A stretch of 64,000 nt of DNA from Naegleria gruberi. Lineage: Eukaryota. A program made the translations under genes and the position numbers. Below are positions 1-9,805 of this stretch, one piece after another; within the stretch, counting starts at the first letter, position 1; each line of letters begins with the position of its first letter. The notes below the pieces were generated by a model, which saw only the letters and a list, made by a program, of their open reading frames with translations, was not told where the DNA came from and searched no databases. The stretch is from assembly GCA_000004985.1 (NCBI GenBank), contig GG738916.1; one strand, written 5' to 3'.

Positions 1-504
1 AATTGTGCAATGAATGAAACGCCAGTGGATCCATCAAATAATCATCATATCACAACGATTGGAATGGATTTTGCCATTAAGAATTTCCATTTTGGAGATA
101 CCACTAAAGTCAAGCTGGTAAGTAACATTTCAAACTGACTTTGCAAACTCTAACAGCAATTGTGGGATCAATGTGGACCAGAACGTTTTCGTCAAATAAC
201 TCTTCCATTCTATAGACATGCATCGGTTATTCTCTTACTGGTCGATCCTTCATCAACTCATGTTCTTCGATCAATGAATGAAAAAGTGGAAGTAATCAAA
301 AATAATGCTACAAAACCAGAAGTTATTCTAATCACAACAAAGAAAGATAAGAAAGATGAAGTGAGATTAATTTCAAATGAGCAAGCTGACAAATTAGCCT
401 ATGACAATTTTGGAACTTTACATTTGGATATTACCAATACTCAATTGGAAGAACCCAAAAATATTATTTGGTATTGTGCTTTACTCAAGTATTTACTTTC
501 TTAA
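1..504 (+). CDS. Small GTPase of the Ras/Rab superfamily, 3' partial gene (window starts inside it). Exon 1 is 1..117, a 39-nt intron lies at 118..156 (GTAAGT...AACAG), exon 2 is 157..504. The G3 motif is atypical (WDQCGPERF instead of WDTAGQERF) and there is no C-terminal prenylation Cys.
   Basis: Translation of 1..117 gives ...ITTIGMDFAIKNFHFGDTTKVKL, which joins in frame to QLWDQCGPERFRQITLPFYRHASVILLLVDP... (switch II and G4-like NKxD region, ITTKKD) after removal of the GT..AG intron. Family assignment rests on motif order only. Confidence 0.55.
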
Positions 505-737
505 TTTTAGTACATGTACTGGAAGAATGGTCAAATCTGTCAAATCAAGTATTTTAGATTGGAATTCCATATCATAGGAACAAGTATTATTGTACATTAT
601 TATTAAATGGTTTACCACCCGAGTTCACTCTCCCATCAAGACTCTTTTGAAAATTAAAAACAAAATTAATCAACTGACGTCATTCAATTCACATTGAGCT
701 GGCCATGTTCCATTAAGATTGTTTTTTAATTAAAAAA

Positions 738-2468
738 ATGAAAAAACTATGTGCCAAGAGATGGGATCACAAATGTCCAATCATTTTCCATAACACTCTT
801 TCCGAGCCCATTCAAATGATCTGGATTGATTATGAGGGAAATGAACAACCGTTTACAGTTTTAAATTCTGGCGGGAAATGTTGTCAGCAAGCCGGTGCTA
901 CTCATCCTTTCATAATGAGAAGAATGAATGATGAGAAGAGGAAGGTTGTATCGATTTTTGTTCCGACAGAAGAGACTGTTGATTATTTTGAGGTTGTTCC
1001 TGGAATGTTTATGTATGATGAGGAGAGGGATGGGAAAATGGTTGATGAAGATGATGAAGAAATTGTGGTGGGTGATCAAGTGGAGGAGATAGAGGAAGAA
1101 ATAATTGAGGACCAATCAAAACACGTAACAATTTGCAAGATGACAAAAGCTCGTGAGGAGGATTGGAAATTAATTAGGTCAAGATTTGATGGACATGAAC
1201 TTGTGGATATTAGCATTAGAAATGATACATCTAGGAAATATAATGTATTTAGGGTAGACGAGGAAGGAAATCAAACTTCTCACGGATATTCAGCCCCAAT
1301 CTCAACTTTCTGGGCTACATTTGCATATCCAGGAAACGTATTTTTATTGAAGAACGAATGTGGTTCAGTTGAGTTTGTCTTGAAAGTTTCAGATAAGTCC
1401 ACCGTGTATATTATTGAATCTAACTATCTGGAGTCAACAGCATGTATTGATGATGATAAACAGTCTAGTTGCAGAAATATCCTATTGAAGAATGAAGATA
1501 AGAGAATCGGTCCTCGTAAAATGGGGTTCAATTCTCCTGAAATTGTTCAAGATATTGTTAATGAGCTAAAAAGGAGGAATTCGAAATTTATAGATGAAGA
1601 CTTTCCTCCAAGGAGTGATTGTGTTAGAGCTCAAAATTTATTCAAAAGACCTGCTATTTTCAAGAATATTTCTGTCATGGATCCAATTCAAGGAAAATTA
1701 GAAGATTGCTTTTTAATATCTAGTATTAGTGGGGCTGCATTAAGAACTAGATTATTGAGGAAAGTATTCACTCATTGTGAGGCCATAGATCCAAAGCTAG
1801 GTCTTTATGCTTTGACATTCTATTTAGAGCCAAATAATGAGAAAATGACTCTTCTATTGGATGATTATTTGCCTGCTGAAAATGGACATTTAAAGTTTGC
1901 TCATTCTCAAGATAGAGGAGAGTTGTGGATTTCTCTTATTGAAAAAGGCATTGCAAAATTGGTTGGAGATTATGACAAGATTAACCCTCAAACGAATTCT
2001 CATCTATTCTATCCCTCTAATATTCTTTCATTGCTCCTTGGTGGGAGATCAAAACAATTAGATTGGTTCTCTGGTCAAAGTACAACAGCAACTGATATGA
2101 TGAAGAAGGGAACTTTCTGGCCTCTCATTGAAAAACTAATGGACAGCTCATTAAGCGTTCCGGTTTGTGGAACCAAACCAGGTAAAGAAGGATCTGATTC
2201 GATCAATTCTAATGGCCTTGTAAATGCTCACGGTTATTCGCTTCTTAGCTATAGAAAATTCCCAGAACATGATTTGAAATTGGTCAACCTGAGAAATACA
2301 TGGGGAAGAATTGAGTACAATGGACCATGGTCAGATAATAGTCCAGAGTGGGATCAATATCCAGATGTTAAAAAAGCACTTGAATATCGAAATGCAGATG
2401 ACGGATGTTTCTATATGACCTATGAAGCATTTGAGAATTGTTTCGGAATTGTTTGGTGGAACGATTAA
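738..2468 (+). CDS. Calpain-like cysteine protease (CysPc catalytic domain in the C-terminal half, acidic N-terminal region).
   Basis: The catalytic triad context is conserved: QGKLEDCFLISSI (Cys), NAHGYSLL (His), LVNLRNTWG (Asn), followed by NGPWSDNSPEW typical of calpain domain IIb. The ORF is a single 576-aa frame ending in TAA. Confidence 0.8.
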   Translation: MKKLCAKRWDHKCPIIFHNTLSEPIQMIWIDYEGNEQPFTVLNSGGKCCQQAGATHPFIMRRMNDEKRKVVSIFVPTEETVDYFEVVPGMFMYDEERDGKMVDEDDEEIVVGDQVEEIEEEIIEDQSKHVTICKMTKAREEDWKLIRSRFDGHELVDISIRNDTSRKYNVFRVDEEGNQTSHGYSAPISTFWATFAYPGNVFLLKNECGSVEFVLKVSDKSTVYIIESNYLESTACIDDDKQSSCRNILLKNEDKRIGPRKMGFNSPEIVQDIVNELKRRNSKFIDEDFPPRSDCVRAQNLFKRPAIFKNISVMDPIQGKLEDCFLISSISGAALRTRLLRKVFTHCEAIDPKLGLYALTFYLEPNNEKMTLLLDDYLPAENGHLKFAHSQDRGELWISLIEKGIAKLVGDYDKINPQTNSHLFYPSNILSLLLGGRSKQLDWFSGQSTTATDMMKKGTFWPLIEKLMDSSLSVPVCGTKPGKEGSDSINSNGLVNAHGYSLLSYRKFPEHDLKLVNLRNTWGRIEYNGPWSDNSPEWDQYPDVKKALEYRNADDGCFYMTYEAFENCFGIVWWND

Positions 2469-2710
2469 TCATTTCTAATTAATTTAATAGCTCCAACTGA
2501 ATACTAAAGCTCAAGCTTTGCGTGTTGGTTGCATTTATTTTCCATCACAATGCTGAAACAACTTACCAAATGTGACTTACAAGACATTGTAATGTTGTCT
2601 TTGAATTGTAGCTTGTAATGGAAAAATGGCGTTCAAAAAAAAAATAGCATGTTGAATAGCTTGCTGTCCATCATTCTGAGAAAATATCAATCCATCAATA
2701 ATAGCACAAC

Positions 2711-4459
2711 TTGATAATAATTAATAGTATTAACATGATGAATTATTGTAAAATATTACAATTGAGTCAAGATATATTATGCAATGTAATTATTCCCTAC
2801 TGTAATTCACATACTTTGATTGCTTTTGCTGGGGTTTGTTCCGAGTGGAGAAGAATTGTCAAAGAAAGTGATACTAGAGGAATCAAGTGTGTAAATGTGA
2901 AGCATAAATCAGCAAGATACAGATTTGAATCATTAAATGATGAGGAGGAAATGAGTGGATTAATGAAAGGTGACCTCTTGCAAATATTCTCACAAATGGA
3001 AATAAGAACTTTTCCAGAATTTGAGGAAACTATTTTTCTTAACAGATCTTTTTTTAAAAAGTTATTCAATTCAAAAAAACTGGAATTATTGACATTACAA
3101 AATACTAATATTATTACAATTATTATTCCTGCTAAAGATATTTCACCAATTATAACTCTGAAATTAATAAGTGTTCAAATGGAAGTTGAAAATTTAAGAA
3201 CTATATGCACTAATTTACTAAATTTAACAGATCTAACATTAATTGATAATGGGCTTGATTATAAGGCAACACTTGTATTGACCAAATCAAAGTTGACTCG
3301 TCTAACACATCTTACACTTCGTAATAGAATTGGAGATGAAGGTGTTAATCAATTATTGACTCAACCAGGAAATATTAGAACTTTGAAACATATTAACTTT
3401 GTTGCAAGACCTCCAGAATCATCTCAAAAAGACAATATTTCATACATAGCACCAATTAATAGTTCAATGTTACCAAATCTTGAATCTTTTTCAATAGATT
3501 TGGAGATGTCTACAAAATCAATTATGAATGTGTTGAATAGTGGTAATTCATGGAGAGAATTGACTTTTTTTCACTCACATTTAAATAGTGAATGTATGAA
3601 ACAAATTGGAAAAATTCATACACTCCAAAAACTTTGTTTTCAATCAAAATTGGAAGTAGATTTACCTTACAGATGTTTATTACCTCTTCAAAATAATCTC
3701 ACTCATCTAGAAATTGGTCCTGTTGACAATAATACATTCTCCGAATTGAGTGAGGGTAACTTTGTTAATTTGAAATATTTATGCATTCTAAATACAAAAC
3801 AAGGAAATGAAATAGATGAATATGTAATACGAAAATTCTGTGAAAAAGTTCAAAATCTAACCTATTTAGAGTTAAGAAGAGTAGTAATGAAAAGTGGATG
3901 TATGAATCACATATCCCAACTTTCAAAAATTACTGATTTACGAATTATTCAAACACATATTGATAGTGAAGAAATGAAATATTTATCAAGAATGAGTAAC
4001 TTGACAACATTATATTTAGGAAGTGAAATTACATTTGATGGAATTTCATATTTATGCAACGGAAATTTACTAAATTTACACACTTTAAAGTTTACAAGAG
4101 TTCCTTCAGGCAAGTTCAAATATGACTCAAAGTTTACATCAAGTTTAGCTCATTCAAATTTTCCAAAATTAAGATATTTGAGTTTTTATTATGAATTTGA
4201 TATTTATGCAACTGATATGTTACATTCTGGTCCATCTCTGAAAAATTTGATACATTTAGAACTTTATTGGGTAGATTTAACAATTACACCTATTTTAGTA
4301 CCTATAGTCAATAATCTGGCGCCTAAATATCTGACTGGAATTGGAGGCTTTCCAAAGCTTAAAGCTTTCTCACCAGAAGCCATACCACAATTAAGACAAC
4401 CAACAAAAATCAACTATATGACTGGACATACCGATATACGAATTGATGAATTTATTTAA
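2711..4459 (+). CDS. F-box-like/LRR (RNI-type leucine-rich repeat) protein, copy B of a triplicated gene. The true start is probably the MM codons near 2735.
   Basis: There is an N-terminal F-box-like motif (ILQLSQDILCNVIIPYCNSHTLIAFAGVCSEWRRIV) followed by about 15 LRR-like units (LTHLTLRNRIGDEGVNQLL...). It is more than 95% identical to the genes at 20527..22365(-) and 51448..53166(+), except at the extreme C-terminus. Confidence 0.65.
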   Translation: MIIINSINMMNYCKILQLSQDILCNVIIPYCNSHTLIAFAGVCSEWRRIVKESDTRGIKCVNVKHKSARYRFESLNDEEEMSGLMKGDLLQIFSQMEIRTFPEFEETIFLNRSFFKKLFNSKKLELLTLQNTNIITIIIPAKDISPIITLKLISVQMEVENLRTICTNLLNLTDLTLIDNGLDYKATLVLTKSKLTRLTHLTLRNRIGDEGVNQLLTQPGNIRTLKHINFVARPPESSQKDNISYIAPINSSMLPNLESFSIDLEMSTKSIMNVLNSGNSWRELTFFHSHLNSECMKQIGKIHTLQKLCFQSKLEVDLPYRCLLPLQNNLTHLEIGPVDNNTFSELSEGNFVNLKYLCILNTKQGNEIDEYVIRKFCEKVQNLTYLELRRVVMKSGCMNHISQLSKITDLRIIQTHIDSEEMKYLSRMSNLTTLYLGSEITFDGISYLCNGNLLNLHTLKFTRVPSGKFKYDSKFTSSLAHSNFPKLRYLSFYYEFDIYATDMLHSGPSLKNLIHLELYWVDLTITPILVPIVNNLAPKYLTGIGGFPKLKAFSPEAIPQLRQPTKINYMTGHTDIRIDEFI

Positions 4460-5459
4460 TTAAGCCAATTAATAATTCTTACTTCTAGCACTCCAGAGAA
4501 GATCAAACCAAGTTATCTTTGTTATTAATAATTCGACTAAATCTGAAATATTTGTTACTATAGAGCTATTTATTATAACCTGCACCAAAAAAAATGAGGT
4601 TTATAAGGCAAGCACTGGAGGTTGTAGTGCCTCAATCGGAACAAGGGACCATTTTAATGATGTTTATTGGAACGTGCTCCTTACACTGAAAAAGTTCAAA
4701 ACGGAAATATTGAATGGGTTCCTCATGATGAGTTGGAATTTACCACAAAAACTCAAACTTTATTATCACAAATGAGAGTGTTATGAATGGGTCATCAGGT
4801 GGTTGTTTACAATCTTATCAATGCCAAAAAACTCAAGTTGGTGAGTATACAATTGTTGAATTTCATGGAATTCACTTTGGAGGAGAATTTTGAAAGTGTC
4901 AACATTGCTTGAAGAATATCAAACACTTGAAAGAGAAGAATATCAGATGGTCTGATTGGAATCGATATATTAATAAGTGGGACCATTGTACCTGTAAATC
5001 ACCAACCGGTTTAGCTTACAACTACTCTGTCTCTGTTCATCATCCACTATTTAAAGATGAAAACAAAAAGCTAATTCTTGAGGATTTATTGGAGTTATTG
5101 GATGTTAATATTGAAGATGAACGGTTGGCAAGATTAAAAGAATACCTCCAATAGTAAGATCCCTGTAAGAAAACACTTTCTGTATGATAGATCCCAACTA
5201 AACATAACATTGATATTTACCCATAGAATCTTCAATATCTGATATAAGAAAGAAGGAATTGTTTATAAACATTTATTTATTGGTGGCAATACCATGTTGG
5301 AGGGACTAACTTCTATAGCTCCAGAATATTTCAAGGTAAATGCTCCACCTGAGAGAAAATACTGGTAGTTCAATGTTTGACCATCTTACCTGTTGAAAAT
5401 AGAGCGAGAAGCTTCATAATAATACAATTAGTACATAATTGGTTTATATACATGTGAAA

Positions 5460-5529
5460 TCGGGTGTGGTATAGTGGTAGCATTCCAGACTGTCACTCTG
5501 GCGACCCGGGTTCAATTCCCGGCACTCGA
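5460..5529 (+). tRNA. tRNA-Asp(GUC): tRNA-Asp, anticodon GUC (no encoded CCA, consistent with a eukaryotic gene).
   Basis: Cloverleaf elements are all present. The acceptor stem is tcgggtg/cactcga (one G-U pair). The D-loop is agtggtag. The anticodon stem is ccaga/tctgg with the loop ctGTCac. The T-arm is ccggg-ttcaatt-cccgg. An oligo-T tract lies downstream (5537-5541). Confidence 0.85.
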
Positions 5530-5930
5530 GATCAATTTTTAACTTTATCTCCAATAAATGATTATTACTTTTTACATCCAGGTAGGGATGATATGTAATC
5601 TAGCTAAATATCAATTTTCAAAGTTTCATCTCTTAAAACCACCGAGAAAATAATCAAAGATTTGTCACTCTCATTTAGCTTAAAAATATTACCAAGTTGC
5701 TGCAAGTTCCAAGTTCCTTGCCTTTCAAATTATTTCCGCTTATCAATCAAACTAGAAACAATTCTATTGGTTGATACACCACCAATCTTTCAAAATTGTC
5801 TCCTTTCCACTCCCAATTTGCAACAAGTTTGAACTTTAAAATAGTTATAAATACTTTCATTGTATTCGAAACTTTAGAAAAACAACAAAACAAATATCTA
5901 AACAACTAAAACAACTCAAAACTAATCAAA

Positions 5931-6383
5931 ATGATGCTTAATTGTCAATTCAGTGATGAAATTATCAAAACCTATGAAGAAATGAGAATGGGAAAGGGTT
6001 CGAATAAGGATAACAAGTTCCTCGTATTAAAAATGCAAGAAAGTTCCATTCAAATCGATCAAGAATTGTCTCAACTCTCTTCATTGGAAGAATTGACTTC
6101 CAATCTCCCACCAAAGAATTCTCGTTTCATTTGCTATCATTTAAGTTTCGAAATGCCATCTCAAAACGAAAGTTGTCAAATCAGAGAAGGAACCAGAACC
6201 AAAATGATGTTTCTCACATGGTGTCCAAACGAAACCAATGTTAAGGAAAAGTTTCAAGTAGCTGCCACTGTCAAAACAGTTAAACAAAAATTAAATGGTT
6301 TGAGTGCAACTATTCACTGCTCAACCAAGAGTGAAATTGATGAAAAGACAATGATTGAAAATTGTTTAACTTTTATGAAATGA
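5931..6383 (+). CDS. Cofilin/ADF-family (ADF-H domain) actin depolymerising factor.
   Basis: The protein is 150 aa with the ADF-H hallmarks ...SRFICYHLSF...KMMFLTWCPNETNVKEKFQVAATVKTVKQKLNGLSATIHCSTKSEI... (compare cofilin CRYVVxDY...KIxFVxWCPDxAxIKxKMxxASSKDxLxKxLxGI). Confidence 0.75.
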   Translation: MMLNCQFSDEIIKTYEEMRMGKGSNKDNKFLVLKMQESSIQIDQELSQLSSLEELTSNLPPKNSRFICYHLSFEMPSQNESCQIREGTRTKMMFLTWCPNETNVKEKFQVAATVKTVKQKLNGLSATIHCSTKSEIDEKTMIENCLTFMK

Positions 6384-6396
6384 GTTTGTTTAACAT

Positions 6397-6933
6397 TCAC
6401 AATTTGCTAGATAACCAATCTAAACCTTCGAATAAACCAGTGCCATTCATTGCGCTACATGGTTGGATGTACCAATCTTGTTTGATCGAATTTAAGCGCA
6501 ATATCTTTGAAAGATCTGTAACATTGGTGGCTCTTGGTATATCTTGCTTATTAGCCCATACTAATAACTTGGCATTTGATAGTGATGGATCTTCCATAAC
6601 TTTATGCAATGTTTCTGAAACCTCTTCAAACCTCTCTCTATCATTCGAATCGACGATGAATATGACAGCATCTGTTCCATTATAATAGTGTCTCCACAAG
6701 GTTCTAATCTTATCCTGACCACCAATATCAAAAACTCTGAATTGAACTCTCTTATATTGAATCACTTCAGCATTGAAACCAATAGTAGGAATAGTATCTA
6801 CATTCTCATCTAATTGAATCTTGTACAGAGTTGATGTTTTACCAGCTGCATCCAAACCTAAAAAGAGAATTTTGGCTTGCTTGTTTTCGAATAAGGACAA
6901 GTTCTTGATCATGTTAGAAAGCAATTGACCCAT
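6397..6933 (-). CDS. ARF-family small GTPase (Arf/Arl). The likely start is the internal MGQLLSN, a myristoylation-type Gly2; the ORF as listed extends 18 codons further upstream.
   Basis: [12 protein letters not shown]...[18 protein letters not shown]...TIPTIGFN...[17 protein letters not shown]...VDSNDRERF...WANKQDIP...[20 protein letters not shown]. All the ARF G-box motifs are present. Confidence 0.85.
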   Translation of the reverse strand: MGQLLSNMIKNLSLFENKQAKILFLGLDAAGKTSTLYKIQLDENVDTIPTIGFNAEVIQYKRVQFRVFDIGGQDKIRTLWRHYYNGTDAVIFIVDSNDRERFEEVSETLHKVMEDPSLSNAKLLVWANKQDIPRATNVTDLSKILRLNSIKQDWYIQPCSAMNGTGLFEGLDWLSSKL

Positions 6934-7234
6934 TGTTGCGTAATGTATTTTGTTGTAGCTTGAAGTATTGTTGCTGTTTTTTTTCAATTTGTTGTTGAGT
7001 AATTTTCATTCAAGTTCAATGCAAAGGTTGTTTTTAAAGTGAAATCCTCGCTATCATTTCGTCACCATTTTTTGTAAACTTCGTCATTAGATAAAAATAG
7101 ACTGTTTTTAAAAAGACAGCAACAATAAGAACCAATGTAGGGAGAAATATTAAAAACAATATTTATTCTCTTCTTCTAAAAGGTAAAATAAAAGCAATAG
7201 TTTTTAATGTTAAAGAATTGAGCTTAATAAAAAA

Positions 7235-7352
7235 GACTACAGCACCACAGGTTCCCAAGTTGTCTCCAACCTCAGTACTGATGTGGCTCGACGATGCTTA
7301 ACTTCTCAAATCGGACGGGATGAGGTGCATTCATCGTGATATGGCCGTAGCC
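7235..7352 (-). rRNA. 5S: 5S ribosomal RNA gene (about 118 nt), lying outside any rDNA unit, followed by an oligo-T Pol III terminator (7231-7234 on the minus strand).
   Basis: The minus-strand read is GGCTACGGCCATATCACGATGAATGCACCTCATCCCGTCCGATTTGAGAAGTTAAGCATCGTCGAGCCACATCAGTACTGAGGTTGGAGACAACTTGGGAACCTGTGGTGCTGTAGTCTTTT. This matches the conserved 5S blocks (CTACGGCCATAC, ATCCCGTCCGATCT, GAAGTTAAGC, TTAGTACT, GGGAGAC, CTGGGAA, GGTGCTGTAGGCTTT). Confidence 0.85.
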
Positions 7353-7878
7353 ATTCCCTATGTATAAATCTTAATGTTGAATAAGAATATTACTGATTTT
7401 TAAATCTAATGTTTTCGTCTATGAATTCTATCTATTCTAACAATATTCTTTTCAATTTACAATTAAGACGGGAAGCCTGCCAGGAATATGGCGACAATCC
7501 CGCTACAGTCTTTGACTGTATGAACAGTGAAGGCAACGATCTTGCGATAGTTGGTTTGTTCAATTTGGTTGAGGAAATTAAGAAGATAACTGGCCTACTA
7601 TTTATTTGTTGGCAATTAGCAAAAAGTTCTTCTTAAATTTTGGTTTGATTCTTTCCCTCAATATTTAAAGCCAAATTGAATGTTCAACCCCAAACTAAAT
7701 ACAAAAACAGTCATCAAAATGTTTTCAACATGGTTAAACAGCAACAATTTAATATACTAATTTGTTAACAAATTATTAATCACTTTGATGTTTTTGATGT
7801 TGTTGTATTCATCGGATCACCTTCATCATCAAAATAATAATAATTTATTAATAAATATTTAAAAAACAAGAAGAAAAA

Positions 7879-9741
7879 ATGAGCGGAATGCCTCAACCAC
7901 GTTCTCCATCTGCTGGTCCACCTCCACCTTCAAGCGGTAGTAGCAGACATCACCACAGCAGTAGTAGTAGAGGTTCCTCTTCTTCCTCTCATCATCGTAG
8001 TGGCGGAAGTAGTAGTGGTTCCCATCATAGATCTGGAAGCTCTAGCAGAGACTCTCATCGTGACTCTCACCGATCATCATCTTCATCAAGAAATTCTAGT
8101 AATCCATCTAGTTCTCATCCACACGATGACAAAAGAAAACGTCCATCATCCTCTAAATCATCATCATCTAAACATCGCTCTAGTGGCTCTAGTAGCAAAC
8201 ACGATAGTCGTTCACAACGTTCTAAACCATCATCCTCAAATACTGTCAAAGCTCCTCCATTGTTTAAAACTGTTGAACATCCATTGAAGGAATTGGTAAA
8301 GAGTTCATTCCTTTGTAATATGAAATTCCAAACAGGTTTACCAGAAATTTTATTGGATCCTGTTTTATTAGAATATCCAAAGGATTTTACAGAAAATTTC
8401 ATCGGATACAAAACAACAAGTTTAGAAAAGAATCACAAATTCGAATTATTGACAGAAAATAATTTAGGAATCAACATGAATCTGATTAATCCTTTTGTAT
8501 ATTATAAAGATGAATCTGCCAAACTTGATCCTGAAGATGAATTATTATTGAAACCAGTTAAATCAGCAAAGAAGGAAATTGCTCGTGAATTGGTTGAAAA
8601 CTTGTCATCAAGACCATCCTGGCTTAAAGCTCCAACTTATGTTGATATGATCAATTATAAGAAGGCTGTTAAAGGTTATGGCGAAGATTTAATTCAAGAT
8701 GTTGAAGAAGAACATGTTCAGAAAATCAAACCAAAAACAGTTCCTAGAAAAGTCGAAGAAAAGAGTAGATTTGAAAAGGCTAAACAATTAGATGCCAAAT
8801 TCCAATCAGATACCTTAACCAGAACATTACCAAATGGTCAAAAAGTTAAAGCTATTGCTTGCTATTCACTTTTACCTAATTTTGCCACAATGGGCACTAA
8901 ATTTATGGCTGCAAACTTTGGAAGTGATAATCATACATTATTAGGAAAGAGAGGACGTTTTGGTGAATTAACAGCAAAGGATGCTAGTGATTCCCTTATT
9001 CTCATTCAACCAACAGATGATATTATTTTAGCAGAAAAGGCAGCTGATGACAGAAATGTTCAAGTTGCTCAATACTATGTTCCAGTTTCTAATAATGATG
9101 AAGAGGAATTATTTAATAGTGAAAAGACTGTTGGTAATATTGTGGAATTAGTTCGTGAATATGGTGGTACAATCTATGAAAAGAATAGCTCCAATGTTCA
9201 AGTTAATAAGGAAAATGAAAAGAGATTCAAATTACCAAACCACTTAATGTCTAAAGATAAGATGACCCAAGCAGAAATTGAACCGTGTGTTGCTTTGAGA
9301 TTTGATGACAATACCAGTCAATGTGTATATTCCTACATTCAAGAAGGTGTCAACTTTAAGGTCTTACCAAAGAAGAAGAAACGTAGAGTTTTCACTAAAG
9401 TTAAATTGAATGGTAAAAATCCAGATGAAGAAGTTCAATTCGAATCTCTGACAGATATCATTGCCAGCACTGAAGAACTTGGAGCAACTAAGCAAGGACC
9501 TTCTTATGAAGATGAAGAAATGCAAGAAGAAACAACTCAACAACAATCAGAAGAAGAGGAAGAAATTATTTCACCATCCGATAGAGGATCAGCAAAGAAG
9601 AGAGCTGTTCAATCCGATGATGAAGATGAAAACATGGAAGAAAGTGCACCAAATGGTGGTGAAGAAAACATGCCATCCTCTCCGACTATTGGTGATCAAC
9701 GTGCACCTTTATCCGAAGATGAATATGATGAAGAAGAATAA
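7879..9741 (+). CDS. paf1: RNA polymerase II-associated factor Paf1 homologue, with an about 130-aa N-terminal Ser/Arg/His-rich (RS-like) extension and an acidic C-terminal tail.
   Basis: The core (FIGYKTTSLEKNHKFELLTENNLGINMNLINPFVYY) aligns to the Paf1 signature ([35 protein letters not shown]). The C-terminal E/D/S-rich tail is as in Paf1 orthologues. Confidence 0.75.
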   Translation: MSGMPQPRSPSAGPPPPSSGSSRHHHSSSSRGSSSSSHHRSGGSSSGSHHRSGSSSRDSHRDSHRSSSSSRNSSNPSSSHPHDDKRKRPSSSKSSSSKHRSSGSSSKHDSRSQRSKPSSSNTVKAPPLFKTVEHPLKELVKSSFLCNMKFQTGLPEILLDPVLLEYPKDFTENFIGYKTTSLEKNHKFELLTENNLGINMNLINPFVYYKDESAKLDPEDELLLKPVKSAKKEIARELVENLSSRPSWLKAPTYVDMINYKKAVKGYGEDLIQDVEEEHVQKIKPKTVPRKVEEKSRFEKAKQLDAKFQSDTLTRTLPNGQKVKAIACYSLLPNFATMGTKFMAANFGSDNHTLLGKRGRFGELTAKDASDSLILIQPTDDIILAEKAADDRNVQVAQYYVPVSNNDEEELFNSEKTVGNIVELVREYGGTIYEKNSSNVQVNKENEKRFKLPNHLMSKDKMTQAEIEPCVALRFDDNTSQCVYSYIQEGVNFKVLPKKKKRRVFTKVKLNGKNPDEEVQFESLTDIIASTEELGATKQGPSYEDEEMQEETTQQQSEEEEEIISPSDRGSAKKRAVQSDDEDENMEESAPNGGEENMPSSPTIGDQRAPLSEDEYDEEE

Positions 9742-9805
9742 ATTTTAATTTATATTAATATAATTACGTGATTTTTAAATATTATGTTTTAATGTATTAT
9801 CAAAT

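Noticed and set aside
2797-3069. Antisense 90-aa ORF conserved in all three F-box/LRR copies (2797..3069-, 21908..22180+, 51513..51785-)
   Set aside because: Conservation is explained by near-identical duplication of the sense gene. There is no independent coding signal.
4560-5154. Possible multi-exon gene including ORF 4909..5154 (…CTCKSPTGLAYNYSVSVHHPLFKDENKKLILEDLLELLDVNIEDERLARLKEYLQ)
   Set aside because: Several short open frames with plausible GT..AG junctions exist, but I could not assemble a consistent model or recognise a domain. It is left unannotated rather than guessed.
7409-7636. 75-aa ORF between the 5S gene and Paf1
   Set aside because: It has no homology, atypical composition and no start-codon context. 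It lies in the Paf1 and 5S upstream region.
9364-9748. ORFs 9364..9546(-) and 9461..9748(+) overlapping the 3' end of Paf1
   Set aside because: They are alternate-frame artefacts of the Lys/Glu-rich acidic tail region.
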